From: a virus
Taxonomy: Duplodnaviria > Caudoviricetes
Reading direction: 5' to 3' (one strand)
Length of the DNA stretch: 64,000 nt
Virus record (IMG/VR): IMGVR_UViG_2630968879_000020
Coordinates: 1 to 64,000 of that record
Shown in pieces: positions 9,488 to 19,972 of this stretch. The notes under the pieces were generated by a model. That model had not been told where the DNA came from. It made no database searches and was given only the letters and a program-made list of their open reading frames with translations. Positions within the stretch are counted from its first letter, which is position 1. The number at the start of each line of letters is the position of its first letter. A program made the translations under genes and the position numbers.

Positions 9488-10609
9488 ATGTCAGGTTATT
9501 CCGTATTCCGACAAAAGAAGAATGATGCTACTAAAGAGCCAATGTTTTTCGGATTAAGCGTAAACGTTGCTCGCTACGATCAACAAAAGCATCGCTTGTT
9601 TGAAAAAGCAATTGAGCGTCAATTAAGTCTATTCTGGCGACCAGAAGAAGTGGACGTAAGTAAGGATCGTATTGACTACCAAGCTATGTCGGAACATGAA
9701 CGCCATATTTTTATCTCTAACCTAAAATATCAAACTCTGTTGGATTCAGTGCAGGGTCGTGCGCCAAACATTGCTTTCCTGCCAATTTGTTCATTGCCGG
9801 AGCTGGAAACATGGATAGAAACATGGTCATTCTCTGAAACCATTCATAGCCGTAGTTATACTCACATCATTCGTAATCTGGTTAATGATCCCGACACTAT
9901 CTTTGATGGCATTGTTGAAGACGAAATGATTCTGACTCGTGCCGCATCTGTTTCAGAGGAATACGACAAACTTATTAAGCTCTTTGTTGCTCGTGAATAT
10001 CTCGGTATTGAGGAATTTGAACGCAAATACGGCGTTGAGACAATTCATGAACAAGTGTTTAAAACATTGGTAGCTGTAAATACCCTTGAGGCTATCCGCT
10101 TTTATGTGAGCTTCGCTTGTACGTTTGCATTTGGCGAACGCGGTGTGATGGAAGCTAATGCCAAAATTATGAAGTTTATTGCCCGTGACGAAGCTCTTCA
10201 CTGTCACGTCACTCAGGAAATGATCAAACTGATGTATTCCGGTCGTGAGGGCGATATGTGGAAGCGTATAGCCGAACGTAATCGCCAGTTTGTTATTAAT
10301 ACAATGAAGTCTGTTGCCGAGCAGGAAATGGCTTGGGCTGAATATCTGTTTAAAGACGGATCAATGATTGGTCTGAACGCTGATATGTTGAAGAAATACG
10401 TAAAGCACCGCTCAAATGTAGCTATGAAACGTATTCACTTTACCCCTATCTTTGATGATGTGAAAAGCGATCCGCTACCGTGGATGGATAGCTGGCTGTT
10501 ATCTGACAATGTACAAGTTGCCCCTCAAGAGGCTGAAAAGGCCGACTATTTAACAGGTCAGATTGACTCTCAAGTAAGTACTGGTGCTTTAGCTGGCTTT
10601 GAAATCTAA
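9488..10609 (+). CDS. nrdB: Ribonucleotide reductase beta subunit
   Basis: FWRPEEVD, ETIHSRSY, RDEALH motifs. Confidence 0.97.
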   Translation: MSGYSVFRQKKNDATKEPMFFGLSVNVARYDQQKHRLFEKAIERQLSLFWRPEEVDVSKDRIDYQAMSEHERHIFISNLKYQTLLDSVQGRAPNIAFLPICSLPELETWIETWSFSETIHSRSYTHIIRNLVNDPDTIFDGIVEDEMILTRAASVSEEYDKLIKLFVAREYLGIEEFERKYGVETIHEQVFKTLVAVNTLEAIRFYVSFACTFAFGERGVMEANAKIMKFIARDEALHCHVTQEMIKLMYSGREGDMWKRIAERNRQFVINTMKSVAEQEMAWAEYLFKDGSMIGLNADMLKKYVKHRSNVAMKRIHFTPIFDDVKSDPLPWMDSWLLSDNVQVAPQEAEKADYLTGQIDSQVSTGALAGFEI

Positions 10610-10708
10610 CCCAACTACCGCTCATAAAAGAGTGACTGCCTCTGTCACTCTTTATTGTTATTAACAATATCTAATTAACAAAAATATCTTATATTTGAAA
10701 ATAACTTA

Positions 10709-11518
10709 ATGAAGATCAATAACCCGACACTTAGCCTAAAACCCACTGATAAAACTGCAATTGCTATTAACAACCACATTAAACCACTCTATGAGTTGGT
10801 GAAGGAGTTTCATCAGGTTTTTGGTCACCCGATAGACGAAACAGAAATAACATCTGAAATGCTGTACTTACGTGCCAATTTGATTCGTGAAGAAGCCGAA
10901 GAAGGCTTAACTGCGCTTGATGAAGGTAATGCTAAGGAAATTCTTGATGCTGTAGGTGACACTGTTTATGTGCTGGTTGGTACTCTTGTTGTTATAAAAA
11001 ATTCAATGAGCCATGCCTTATCACTCGACCATTCCCAATTAGGTGCAAAAACCGTTTTCAACATAATGGCAACTGAAACCGGATCGTGCTTTGTGAGAGA
11101 TTTAGAGACAGGCTTTAATTTAGCTATTACTACGGCTGGTTTGCTTGTTGATATCGCTGATTATTTAGACGCTGGTGAGGGAGTTTCCGCATGTGAGGGA
11201 ATTTCTTGTTTGCCAGATTACATTTCAGATTGTCTGGTTGTATTCCGGCACGTATTGCATTTAAGTGGTGTACCTCTGTATGGGCTGACTCAGGCTATTC
11301 ATGAATCTAACATGTCTAAGTTGTGGTCTGCTGACACAGAAACTCGCAAAAGTCAGGTTGCTAACTGTAAATACAATCCGGCAGATTTAGCATTCCGCAC
11401 CTGTCTCTCTCGTGATGGGGTGATCGGTTATCGTATTTCAGACGGTAAGATATTGAAGTCACCGAGTTATACACCAGTTGATTTGATGCCTTTTATCGAG
11501 CAATGCAATTCTCTATAA
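10709..11518 (+). CDS. MazG-like/PRA-PH NTP pyrophosphohydrolase
   Basis: VKEFH..F, LIREEAEE, DAVGD, HESNMSK, GKILK motifs. Confidence 0.85.
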   Translation: MKINNPTLSLKPTDKTAIAINNHIKPLYELVKEFHQVFGHPIDETEITSEMLYLRANLIREEAEEGLTALDEGNAKEILDAVGDTVYVLVGTLVVIKNSMSHALSLDHSQLGAKTVFNIMATETGSCFVRDLETGFNLAITTAGLLVDIADYLDAGEGVSACEGISCLPDYISDCLVVFRHVLHLSGVPLYGLTQAIHESNMSKLWSADTETRKSQVANCKYNPADLAFRTCLSRDGVIGYRISDGKILKSPSYTPVDLMPFIEQCNSL

Positions 11519-11530
11519 AATAATCATTGA

Positions 11531-11548
11531 TAAGTAAATAGATACCTA
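11531..11548. promoter_or_regulatory. Phage-plasmid operator
   Basis: TAAGTA-AATAGA-TACCTA. Confidence 0.75.
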
Positions 11549-11722
11549 TTAATATTTGTTATGCCTTATTTACTGTTATCGGTAATAAAATTACCACTAT
11601 TGACAGACTTTTTATAGTAAATACTATCCTTGAGCGCGCTTAACAAGTGCGCTTTTTTTTATTTGCTACTTAACTAACTTATATAAAATGTAGTAAGTGA
11701 ATGAGTACGGTGATAATTTAAA

Positions 11723-12853
11723 ATGACAGAATCAAATAAATCAACTAGCCAGAATAACTTCCCGGTTCTCAATGATGAATCATATCGTGATATCGTTTCA
11801 GATATAGCTCAATTTGGCCTTTCGTCCAGTGCAGACAGAACTGGTATTGGCACAATCGGGCTTTGCTTCATTCCAAGTTTTTATCACTTGGACGGTGGCA
11901 TTATTCCAATGATCTCCGGTAAAACGGTTAACCAAAAGCCATTATTGGTAGAACTTGAATGGTATTTCAAAGGGCTTACCAACATTCACTTCCTCAATGA
12001 GAATGGTGTATCAATTTGGGATCAGTGGGCTGACGAAAATGGTGATCTCGGCCCCGTTTATGGGAAACAGTGGCGCAAATGGCGTGATACTCGTGTTGTT
12101 ACGCCTGAACAATATGAGCAAATTAAAGATCGTGGGTATGCCATTGAGGGAATTCTGACAGATGGACGCTTAGCTATAACCCGTCAAATCGACCAGTTAC
12201 AACGCATCGTTGACAATCTGCGTAATGATCCTGAAAACCGACGTAATATCATGACAGCATGGAACGTAGGTGAGCTGGAAGATATGAAACTTCCGCCTTG
12301 CCATTTTGCGTTTGGTGCATGGAGCCGTGAAACTGATCCGGTTACTCGTCTGGTAATGGCATTCCGCATTGGCGTCAATCACATTGAGCATGATATTGAC
12401 TCAAAATACGCTAACTTTGCTCTGGCGATTAAGCCAATAATGGAAAGAGATAGTGTAAATTATGATGACTTCATATCGAGCCTTACTCATGAATGGCTTG
12501 ATCATCACAATATCCCCCGTCGTGTACTGAATACAGGTATGGTGCAACGTAGTGTTGATACTTTCGTTGGTATGCCTTTTAACATTGCGGGTTATAGCAT
12601 TATTACCCACTATCTCGCTCATATTACCGATCACATGGCCTGTAACTTCACTCACTTTGGGTTTGATGTTCACCTGTATAACAACCACGAAGATGGTGTA
12701 AACACTTATCTAAGCCGCTCTGACATGTCGGATAACAACCCGATTGTTGTTTTCCCTGACTCATGGAAAGAACTGAATGATTTTAATTGGCAAGGGATCA
12801 AGATTTGCGGTTACAAATCTCACCCGTGGATCAAAGTGCCTGTAGCGAAATAA
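11723..12853 (+). CDS. thyA: Thymidylate synthase with insertions
   Basis: DRTGIGT, LGPVYGKQWR, LPPCH, QRSVDTFVGMPFN, HLY. Confidence 0.95.
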   Translation: MTESNKSTSQNNFPVLNDESYRDIVSDIAQFGLSSSADRTGIGTIGLCFIPSFYHLDGGIIPMISGKTVNQKPLLVELEWYFKGLTNIHFLNENGVSIWDQWADENGDLGPVYGKQWRKWRDTRVVTPEQYEQIKDRGYAIEGILTDGRLAITRQIDQLQRIVDNLRNDPENRRNIMTAWNVGELEDMKLPPCHFAFGAWSRETDPVTRLVMAFRIGVNHIEHDIDSKYANFALAIKPIMERDSVNYDDFISSLTHEWLDHHNIPRRVLNTGMVQRSVDTFVGMPFNIAGYSIITHYLAHITDHMACNFTHFGFDVHLYNNHEDGVNTYLSRSDMSDNNPIVVFPDSWKELNDFNWQGIKICGYKSHPWIKVPVAK

Positions 12854-12865
12854 GGATATTTCACC

Positions 12866-13303
12866 ATGCAACCCCTAGTTATATGCACCATTGACGGTGT
12901 ACTTTCTGACAACACTAACCGTTTTCACCTGATGAAAGAGGGAAGCATTATTGAGTATAACGAACGGCATGAGCGTGATGAGGCAATTATCGCGTCCATT
13001 CGTATGCTTAAAGGCTTCCAGCGTACCGGTTGTGACATTCTCATTGTTGACGACCGCCCTGCCGAATATATGGAGCAAACAGAAAGTTGGCTTAAAGAGT
13101 ACGGTGTATTCTTTGACTACCTGTATTTACCATCACCAAAACAATCCGGTCGTAGCTTTAAAATGAAAGCAGTAAAAGAACATTTAAATGAAAACGGTGG
13201 TCAGATTATTGCTGTCCTGTGTACTGAACGACAGGATGAGCACGATTTTCGTAACCACCCACATCGCCCTACCGTTTATACAGTTTCGAGGGGTGCGATG
13301 TGA
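12866..13303 (+). CDS. HAD-fold PNK/3'-phosphatase-like protein with degenerate catalytic motif
   Basis: VICTIDGVL..R.H, TESWL, YDxLY-like pattern. Confidence 0.7.
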   Translation: MQPLVICTIDGVLSDNTNRFHLMKEGSIIEYNERHERDEAIIASIRMLKGFQRTGCDILIVDDRPAEYMEQTESWLKEYGVFFDYLYLPSPKQSGRSFKMKAVKEHLNENGGQIIAVLCTERQDEHDFRNHPHRPTVYTVSRGAM

Positions 13304-13791
13304 TCTCATTAATTGCTGCGGTAGCGAAGAACAACGGAATAGGTATTAACAACACCTTACCGTGGCACAGCCCGCGTGATTTGAAACTGTTCAAGCAGAG
13401 AACTCTTGGCGAAATTGTGGTAATGGGAAGAAAAACGGCTGAAAGTCTGGGGAAGCCATTAAAGGATCGCATTAATTTTGTCCTGTCACGTAACCCTAAC
13501 CGTGTACCAGCCGGATTTTCAATTATCCGTGACGCTAATGAGGTGAAAGCATTAGCCGAATTTCATGCGGTGTACATCATTGGTGGTGCTGAAATCTATC
13601 GTCAGTTTATTAATATTGCCGACCGAGCTTTTATTTCCCACATAGAAGTCGATGCCATTGATGCCGATACATTCTTTCCGATGGATGAGCTGAAAGTCGC
13701 ATTTGGTCGCCGTCTGACCCTCAATTACTACGATGAACTGGAAAATGAGCCTGCTTTTGACCATGTGATGTATTGGAAGCAAACACCATGA
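13300..13791 (+). CDS. folA: Dihydrofolate reductase
   Basis: IGINNTLPW, MGRKT, IIGGAEIY, DTFFP. Confidence 0.95.
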   Translation: MISLIAAVAKNNGIGINNTLPWHSPRDLKLFKQRTLGEIVVMGRKTAESLGKPLKDRINFVLSRNPNRVPAGFSIIRDANEVKALAEFHAVYIIGGAEIYRQFINIADRAFISHIEVDAIDADTFFPMDELKVAFGRRLTLNYYDELENEPAFDHVMYWKQTP

Positions 13792-14444
13792 AACCTATAT
13801 TTCGACTTGGCTTAACAGGAGCACAGGGTACAGGAAAAAGTACTCTGGCTAAAACCTTTTCAGAACAGACAGGTATTCGTTATTTTGATGCCAATGTACG
13901 CGGTATTCTCAAACGCAACGGATTTGATTGTCGTTCTGAAATGACGCTTAAACAGTATTTCAATATGCAGGAGACAGTTGCTCATGAATTGTATAGCAGC
14001 TATCCCGATGAGAGCTTTATAACAGATCGCACGCCTGTTGATGTAATGGCCTTTACGCTGGCTTATGTACCACCAACTATTGTTGAAGCCTCAGAGGACG
14101 GTAAGTCTGTTGAGCTTTCTCTGAACGATATCTTAACCCAATCACGGTTGGCAGTAGCTCGTCATTTCTCCCACGTTATTTTGGTGCATGGCGGCTTTAA
14201 GGTCGATGAAGAAAATATGAAGCGCAAAGATAGAGCTTCAATGCATTTGGGTTATCGAATGAAACTGGAAAGTCTCATAGAGGGTGAAATTGGTCGATTT
14301 TCTAATTTTACAAACACAAAAAATGTTGAGTTTCGCATGATCCCTCGTGATATGACTGAACTTCAACGTCGTGTCAGTTCGTTGATTGGGGTGTACAACC
14401 GCTATATCGACTCATTTAATTACGAAACCAGTACCGTTCATTAA
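13788..14444 (+). CDS. P-loop nucleotide kinase (dNMP kinase-like)
   Basis: GAQGTGKST, ITDRTPVD. Confidence 0.8.
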   Translation: MKPIFRLGLTGAQGTGKSTLAKTFSEQTGIRYFDANVRGILKRNGFDCRSEMTLKQYFNMQETVAHELYSSYPDESFITDRTPVDVMAFTLAYVPPTIVEASEDGKSVELSLNDILTQSRLAVARHFSHVILVHGGFKVDEENMKRKDRASMHLGYRMKLESLIEGEIGRFSNFTNTKNVEFRMIPRDMTELQRRVSSLIGVYNRYIDSFNYETSTVH

Positions 14445-14504
14445 TCCTTTTATGCCTGTGTGGTTAGTTGAAAATTAGCTGACCACACAACGGAGATTTA
14501 AAGC

Positions 14505-14966
14505 ATGTCAGAAGCTATTAACAATGACGAAGCAACACGATCAGAAGATGAGTTGATTGATTTGCGAGAAGAGATAGATCGCAAGGCACTAGTGGCTATT
14601 GAAAATATTGTAGGTCGATTTGAGAAGAACATGATTACAAGGCGTGAGGCATTTGTTGGAGTATCTGCCGTATTCGATTCTGTGCAAGGTCTGGTTAGCC
14701 GTGAAGTCGGAGAAACACTGAATGTTGTTTTCACCGAAATGCAGAAATCCAATAAGCAAGATAAGTTCCCTATGGTATTCGCGCACAAGGGGACAGTAGT
14801 GATTTTGAAACTGGATATGTTCTGCCACACATTAACTTCTATGATAGTCACTGGTTCAGGCCAAAAAGCGGAGAAATCAGAATCATTTGAGAATGAACCG
14901 GACGCATTGAAAGCAGCTATTTCTAAGGCTATGACGTTTAGTAAAAATGGGGCGATCCGACTATGA
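14505..14966 (+). CDS. Hypothetical protein
   Basis: GGAG RBS; coupled to the next gene. Confidence 0.75.
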   Translation: MSEAINNDEATRSEDELIDLREEIDRKALVAIENIVGRFEKNMITRREAFVGVSAVFDSVQGLVSREVGETLNVVFTEMQKSNKQDKFPMVFAHKGTVVILKLDMFCHTLTSMIVTGSGQKAEKSESFENEPDALKAAISKAMTFSKNGAIRL

Positions 14967-15535
14967 CAAAAATAGCCGTTGGGCTTGATCTTGAAACTAC
15001 GGGGTTAGAATACGCTGACGGGCATCGTATCTTTGAAATTGCATTATGTGCTCGTGATTTGGCTACAGGCGCAGTTATTAAAGATCTTGCTATGCGTTTT
15101 AATCCACGGAGGGAAATATCAGCCAAAGCACAGGAAATTACGGGTGTTAGGTTGTCTGACTTGGTTGCAGAACCGCTGTTTGAGAGCAAATGCCACTCTA
15201 TTGCCGCAATATTGAATAATGCCACAGTGATTGTGGCACATAACGGATTAGGGTTTGATAAACCGTTTATTGACCATGAAATGAGACTGAACGGTGTGAC
15301 ACTGAGACAAGATCTCATCTGGATGGATACTATGCTTCACGGCCTATGGGCTACACAGGATGGTAAACGCCCGACCTTACGTGAATTAGCTTTTGCGCTT
15401 GGCTTTGAATACGACGAAGAAAAGGCACATGGTGCTTTGTATGATACTCAGCTTATGATGGATTGTTTTTTCATTGCTCGGTTGAAATACGGGTTATTTC
15501 GATTACCAGATGAAAATTGTATAAAATTTAGTTAA
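14963..15535 (+). CDS. DEDDh 3'-5' exonuclease (DnaQ-like)
   Basis: DLETTG, AHNGLGFD, HGALYD. Confidence 0.92.
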   Translation: MTKIAVGLDLETTGLEYADGHRIFEIALCARDLATGAVIKDLAMRFNPRREISAKAQEITGVRLSDLVAEPLFESKCHSIAAILNNATVIVAHNGLGFDKPFIDHEMRLNGVTLRQDLIWMDTMLHGLWATQDGKRPTLRELAFALGFEYDEEKAHGALYDTQLMMDCFFIARLKYGLFRLPDENCIKFS

Positions 15536-15723
15536 AGCCAGCCTCTCTTGGCTCCAGTTCAAGGCTTGACTATTTGGAGGGCGTTTTTAACAAATCTATG
15601 TACAGGCTCCCGTTTTGTTTTTTTCATCTCACACACTCCCTGTGTTGTTGTGAATGAATACCCGCTTCTCATCCGTGAGTAACGGGTATTCGACTACTTT
15701 GTTAATCCGTTAACGTAATTTTA

Positions 15724-15984
15724 TTAACCCTTTTTAAAGCCGGGCTTACCATTTTTGGCTCGCCATTCTTTAACTGTTTTCAAAATGCCTGCCGGAGAGT
15801 CATCCTCACCATCATTAGGATGATAGATCAGGCCATTCCCACGAGGATGCTCCGATAATTTAACGAAATGTCTAACCCATGATTTGTGTTCTTCCTCACT
15901 GGAAGCCTCTACATTACAAATCACCTGTAACAACTTTAAAAACTCAGCTTCGGTGTAATCACTGATACTGTTTTTCTGTTCCAT
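15724..15984 (-). CDS. Colicin E/pyocin S DNase immunity protein
   Basis: ISDYTEAEF...[10 protein letters not shown]...[11 protein letters not shown]. Confidence 0.95.
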   Translation of the reverse strand: MEQKNSISDYTEAEFLKLLQVICNVEASSEEEHKSWVRHFVKLSEHPRGNGLIYHPNDGEDDSPAGILKTVKEWRAKNGKPGFKKG

Positions 15985-15986
15985 GT

Positions 15987-17333
15987 TTATTTTCCTCTGT
16001 GAATATCAATATGGCGCTTAGGCGTTGTAACGCGAATATTATCAATATCATAAACACCACCACCTTCACTGATTGGCTTAACGTGATGAAGTTCAAATGT
16101 TTCTCGTCCACCGACTTGTTCTTCTGGAATAGGGTAAGGCGCATAGCCTTTCTCTATTAACTTTTGATTACTTTTACTAAACTGCTTAGCTAACTCAGGA
16201 TCTTTCGATACCTCTTCCCAGAACTGCTTCCGGAAGTCATCAAAGTTATTAAACTTCTTACCCCGCAGTTTATCCGCAATCCGGTCAGGAATAGGCACAC
16301 CGGATCCTTTACCCGCATCATGAAGCCATTTGTCACCGACTTTCTGACCTTTCCCTGTGGCGGTACCCGGCTGCTTACGCTTCTCATCCCGTTTTGTCTT
16401 GACCTTATCCTCAGCGGCTTTTTTTTCTTCTTCCGCCTTTTTAGCCTCAACATAAGGCTTTATCCACCATTCCTTCCGCGTCACCGAAATATAAACCGGC
16501 AGATGGTCATCTCCGAAATCAATAAACGCATGGTGGGTTTTTCCGCTGTCCGGCTGAGGAAGATAATGCTCTGCGGCCGGAAATTTCACACTTTCTGAGG
16601 GAGTAACCGGCTTACCGGATGGTGACACCATTTTTATCCGCAGCGGTTTCATACCAGGAACAACCTTTGCGGTATACACATTCGGTTTTTTCGTTTTTTG
16701 TGCCGTGATGACAGGAATATTCGCATTTCCAGCCAGTGTGAGTGCAACTGTATGTTCCTGCTTAACAGCATCGACAACACCCTGCGCCACAACCATTGCG
16801 GGAACGTTTTTTTTCCCTCTGATATCTTCCGGTTTTACCGTGGTGACCAGTTCAGACGGCAGCGTGACAACCATATCTGCCTGACTCAGATTGATAAATC
16901 TTGCCCGGTTTAAATCAATAAGGCTGGTGCCCTGATATAACTCGGCGTTCCCCATTTTAGTCGGCCACAATAATGTGGCAAGACCGGTTATCCGCCCTGC
17001 CAGTGGTAATGCCTCTCTTAACCCTGCCAGAAGTGGACTGAAATCGAAAGACTGAATCCATGATGCAATGGTTGCGGCCAAGGTGCCGTTAACCGGGAAT
17101 ATTAATGCACTCCGGCCGACAGCTGCTGCGGCACTGCTGAGATATACCATCCGCTCCGGCTCCTTGCGTGCCTCATTCAGATATTCTTTCAGAATGGATG
17201 GGCGGTTGTAGCTGGGATAAAGGAACACGTTAAAATTATCAATAGACGGCCATTCGTCATTATCCCGGGAGTCACTGTGCACAGTAATCTTAAGATGGGT
17301 AGTGCCGTCTGAAAGGTCTTGTTTATCTGACAT
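15987..17333 (-). CDS. S-type pyocin-domain bacteriocin with HNH DNase
   Basis: PVYIS translocation-domain end; C-terminal FELHHVKPI...[15 protein letters not shown]. Confidence 0.93.
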   Translation of the reverse strand: MSDKQDLSDGTTHLKITVHSDSRDNDEWPSIDNFNVFLYPSYNRPSILKEYLNEARKEPERMVYLSSAAAAVGRSALIFPVNGTLAATIASWIQSFDFSPLLAGLREALPLAGRITGLATLLWPTKMGNAELYQGTSLIDLNRARFINLSQADMVVTLPSELVTTVKPEDIRGKKNVPAMVVAQGVVDAVKQEHTVALTLAGNANIPVITAQKTKKPNVYTAKVVPGMKPLRIKMVSPSGKPVTPSESVKFPAAEHYLPQPDSGKTHHAFIDFGDDHLPVYISVTRKEWWIKPYVEAKKAEEEKKAAEDKVKTKRDEKRKQPGTATGKGQKVGDKWLHDAGKGSGVPIPDRIADKLRGKKFNNFDDFRKQFWEEVSKDPELAKQFSKSNQKLIEKGYAPYPIPEEQVGGRETFELHHVKPISEGGGVYDIDNIRVTTPKRHIDIHRGK

Positions 17334-17372
17334 AAAAACTCCTTTTTTTATTTAAAAGTCCGTTTAAATATA

Positions 17373-17426
17373 CTGTATATATTAACAGCATAAGTGAACT
17401 ATAAACCGCACCGCACAGAATGTCAA
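17373..17426 (-). promoter_or_regulatory. Sigma70 promoter with downstream LexA box
   Basis: TTGACA-17-TATAGT on minus (17426-17398); CTGTATATATTAACAG at 17373-17388. Confidence 0.85.
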
Positions 17427-17462
17427 AATCCTTCCGGTAAAATATCTTTATTTTTTTAATTA

Positions 17463-17970
17463 ACCCGAATTCTGGATAAGAAATTGACGAGAAGCCTGTT
17501 CCGGGAGCAAAGTTTTGGTGCACACCAAAAACCGCTCCGAGGTGGAACAGGCTATGGACAAGTTAGTTGAAGTTTTCTGTGATGTCGATGATTTTTGCCG
17601 TTTTTTCATCCCTCAATGGGAACAATTTTGTCTCGATAGCGGGCATCGTTTACGCCGCCGACAAGGTCATATGTACCCCAGTGAAATCATGACCCTTTTG
17701 ATCCTTTTTCATATGTCGCATTACCGTGATTTTAAACATTTTTATCTAGAGCATATTTGGAAATATCACCATAAGGATTTTCCAACCTTGCTCAGCTATC
17801 CTCGCTTTGTCAGTGTGGCTTCTTCCGTTCTGGTGCCACTATGCAGCTATCTGACTCAATTAAAAGGGAAACCCACAGGCATTGCTTTTATTGATTCCAC
17901 CAGTTTGAGTGTCTGCCATAACATTCGCATCCCTCGACATAAAGTCTTTGCGGGGATAGCAAAGCGCGGA
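17463..17970 (+). mobile_element. Truncated IS982-family element (left end plus 5' half of transposase from 17554)
   Basis: ACCCGAATTC end; FCDVDDF, SEIMT, IDSTSL.VCHN.RI; homology stops at IAKRG. Confidence 0.85.
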
Positions 17971-18055
17971 TATACGCTAGTTTTCCGAAAAGATAATTAT
18001 CTTCGACATCAAATTCAATCGTTCCGATATAACCTTTATAAGTCAGGTGCTTCAT
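17966..18055 (-). pseudogene. hicB: HicB-family antitoxin, 5' fragment
   Basis: Minus strand reads MKHLTYKGYIGTIEFDVEDNYLFGKLAYIR, then runs into IS sequence. Confidence 0.7.
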
Positions 18056-18070
18056 AGCCAATCTACCTTT

Positions 18071-18385
18071 TTAAATACCATCAAAGATGAAATCTATTGC
18101 AGCCTTAACCCGGTTACGGTATTGCGTAGCATCGCAAAATTCAGCACCCAAGGCACGAACAGATATACTTGCCATTTCATGAGTCATTACAGCATATTCT
18201 TTGTCGTCTATAAGTCTGACAAGGGGAATTATACGATCTGGACGACGGTTGTCTGGATATTTTTCAATGGGCAATAGTGGAATAACAATTCTGCGGTTTA
18301 ACTGCCCTATAATGTCGCTCGTTACGTCCAGTAACAGTGGGTAAACGGCAGTTCTTCCAGTATTACGATAAACGGTGAATTGCAT
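18071..18385 (-). CDS. ccdB: CcdB gyrase toxin
   Basis: MQFTVYRN, YPLLLDVTSD, RIVIPL, C-terminal DGI. Confidence 0.92.
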   Translation of the reverse strand: MQFTVYRNTGRTAVYPLLLDVTSDIIGQLNRRIVIPLLPIEKYPDNRRPDRIIPLVRLIDDKEYAVMTHEMASISVRALGAEFCDATQYRNRVKAAIDFIFDGI

Positions 18386-18387
18386 AG

Positions 18388-18624
18388 TTAAAACGTCCTG
18401 TATTCATCACTGAAACAACCATGTTCATCATGGAAACGGTTTAATGCCTCCAAAGCTTCTGTGTTCTCTTCTTGCCATTTCCTTGCCTCATAATGACGTA
18501 ATTCTGTATCTAGAGCAGCAGAAAGTGTTGCACTAAAGTTAATTCCCGCTTCACGTGCCCGATTCAGTAAACCTCGTTCAATAGTCATTGTTACGCTCTG
18601 TGTATTGCGTTGTTTTGCTGTCAT
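18388..18624 (-). CDS. ccdA: CcdA antitoxin
   Basis: INFSATL...WQEEN...FSDEYRTF. Confidence 0.92.
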   Translation of the reverse strand: MTAKQRNTQSVTMTIERGLLNRAREAGINFSATLSAALDTELRHYEARKWQEENTEALEALNRFHDEHGCFSDEYRTF

Positions 18625-18963
18625 GATTTATCTCCATCATTAATTATACGTGCATATTACACGTGCATATACACGGAGTATAGTTCTAAAAAGACCAGAG
18701 CTTCGGTGATAGTACAATTTGTTCATTAGCTTAGTAGTTTTAACTGTGTTTAGGACTCGGTAGATTAGAGTTTCACCTGATATGTATTTAGGTAGATCCA
18801 TTATGAGACAATCAGCAAGAGCAGAAAAAGTGGATAAATGCGAGCAGTTATAACTACTCGGTCACTACATTTGCCTATTATTTCAACTTCATCGCCTAAT
18901 CAATTTGGTCATAATTACTTAAAAAGTAGTACGTTAAATGTTAAAGGAAAAAATAAAGTGACT

Positions 18964-19803
18964 ATGAATACTGAAACACAAGCAAACACTTCAAGCGATC
19001 TGTCTTTAGATGAAATGTTAGCAATTCTTGACTCAGAAGGCGTTGATTCTAAATCTGAAACAGTCACTTTTAAAAACGATGTAGGCGGGTTGAGTGAGCT
19101 GGATAAATTGAGTACAGAGTTGGAAAATCTAGATGTGAAAGACATCTCTGATGCTATCCGGCTTGAAGGTTTACCTGTTGTTAACGGTAAGATGGAAACT
19201 TTGGTAATTTCAAAACTACTAGGATCTATTTCTGAACCAGTTGATCTGAATTCCTACGCAGAAGAAGATAATTTAGAGGCAACTCTGGCTGCGCTGTCTG
19301 ATGAGATTGTCACAGACACACCTTCAATTGACCCTATCGAACCAGAAATAAAAATCAAACCTGCTCGCCAAAAGGCGATTCGTAGACGTGAAACAGTCGT
19401 GCGCCCCCGTTTCCAGCTATCTGATTTAACCACTGAAGATTGCGAAAAACTTGGTGTAACAAAAGAGGTCATGATAGAAGCGGTTGATAAGTGTCCGGTT
19501 AAGGCGAAAGACAAAGTACTTAACTTAGCTCAGTGGGCATTACGTGGTAACGAACTGTCAGTATATACGCAGTTAGGGATTGAATGTTTAATCAAGAACA
19601 ATACGGCATCATCTGAAATTTTCCGTATTTACATGATGAGCAACCCGACTCGACCTTATCCAACTACAACTGCTGGCACTCAGGCAGGTCAGTTAATGGC
19701 TGTATTGCCAGCTATGGGTATTGCTGACCGTATTGGAAAGAATGTGACATTGAAAACGGATAGCCCTCTGGTAAGGATGTTCAGAGAACAATTCTCTCAG
19801 TAA
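18964..19803 (+). CDS. Hypothetical protein, acidic N-terminus and winged-helix-like C-terminus
   Basis: Long ORF; TQAGQLMAVLPAMGIA motif. Confidence 0.75.
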   Translation: MNTETQANTSSDLSLDEMLAILDSEGVDSKSETVTFKNDVGGLSELDKLSTELENLDVKDISDAIRLEGLPVVNGKMETLVISKLLGSISEPVDLNSYAEEDNLEATLAALSDEIVTDTPSIDPIEPEIKIKPARQKAIRRRETVVRPRFQLSDLTTEDCEKLGVTKEVMIEAVDKCPVKAKDKVLNLAQWALRGNELSVYTQLGIECLIKNNTASSEIFRIYMMSNPTRPYPTTTAGTQAGQLMAVLPAMGIADRIGKNVTLKTDSPLVRMFREQFSQ

Positions 19804-19954
19804 ACAGAATCTCCTGAGGGGACGTATTATGATTATTTAATACGTTTCCTTATCTAACTGTCAAAAACGTATCACAATCGATTATAAACGTGTTCCCGAC
19901 AAACAAATCAACACTTGAAGATCAGATCACTTGTTATAAAATTATTATTTTTAA

Positions 19955-19972
19955 TAGGTATGTGAATACACA
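19955..19972. promoter_or_regulatory. Phage-plasmid operator
   Basis: TAGGTA-TGTGAA-TACACA over the methyltransferase start. Confidence 0.6.

Noticed and set aside
11723-12853. thyA as a dCMP/dUMP hydroxymethylase for modified DNA
   Set aside because: It retains the PFN asparagine and canonical TS motifs and is paired with DHFR; the insertions alone are not evidence
13300-13791. Acquired trimethoprim-resistance dfr cassette
   Set aside because: Embedded and translationally coupled in the phage nucleotide operon, with no integron or IS context
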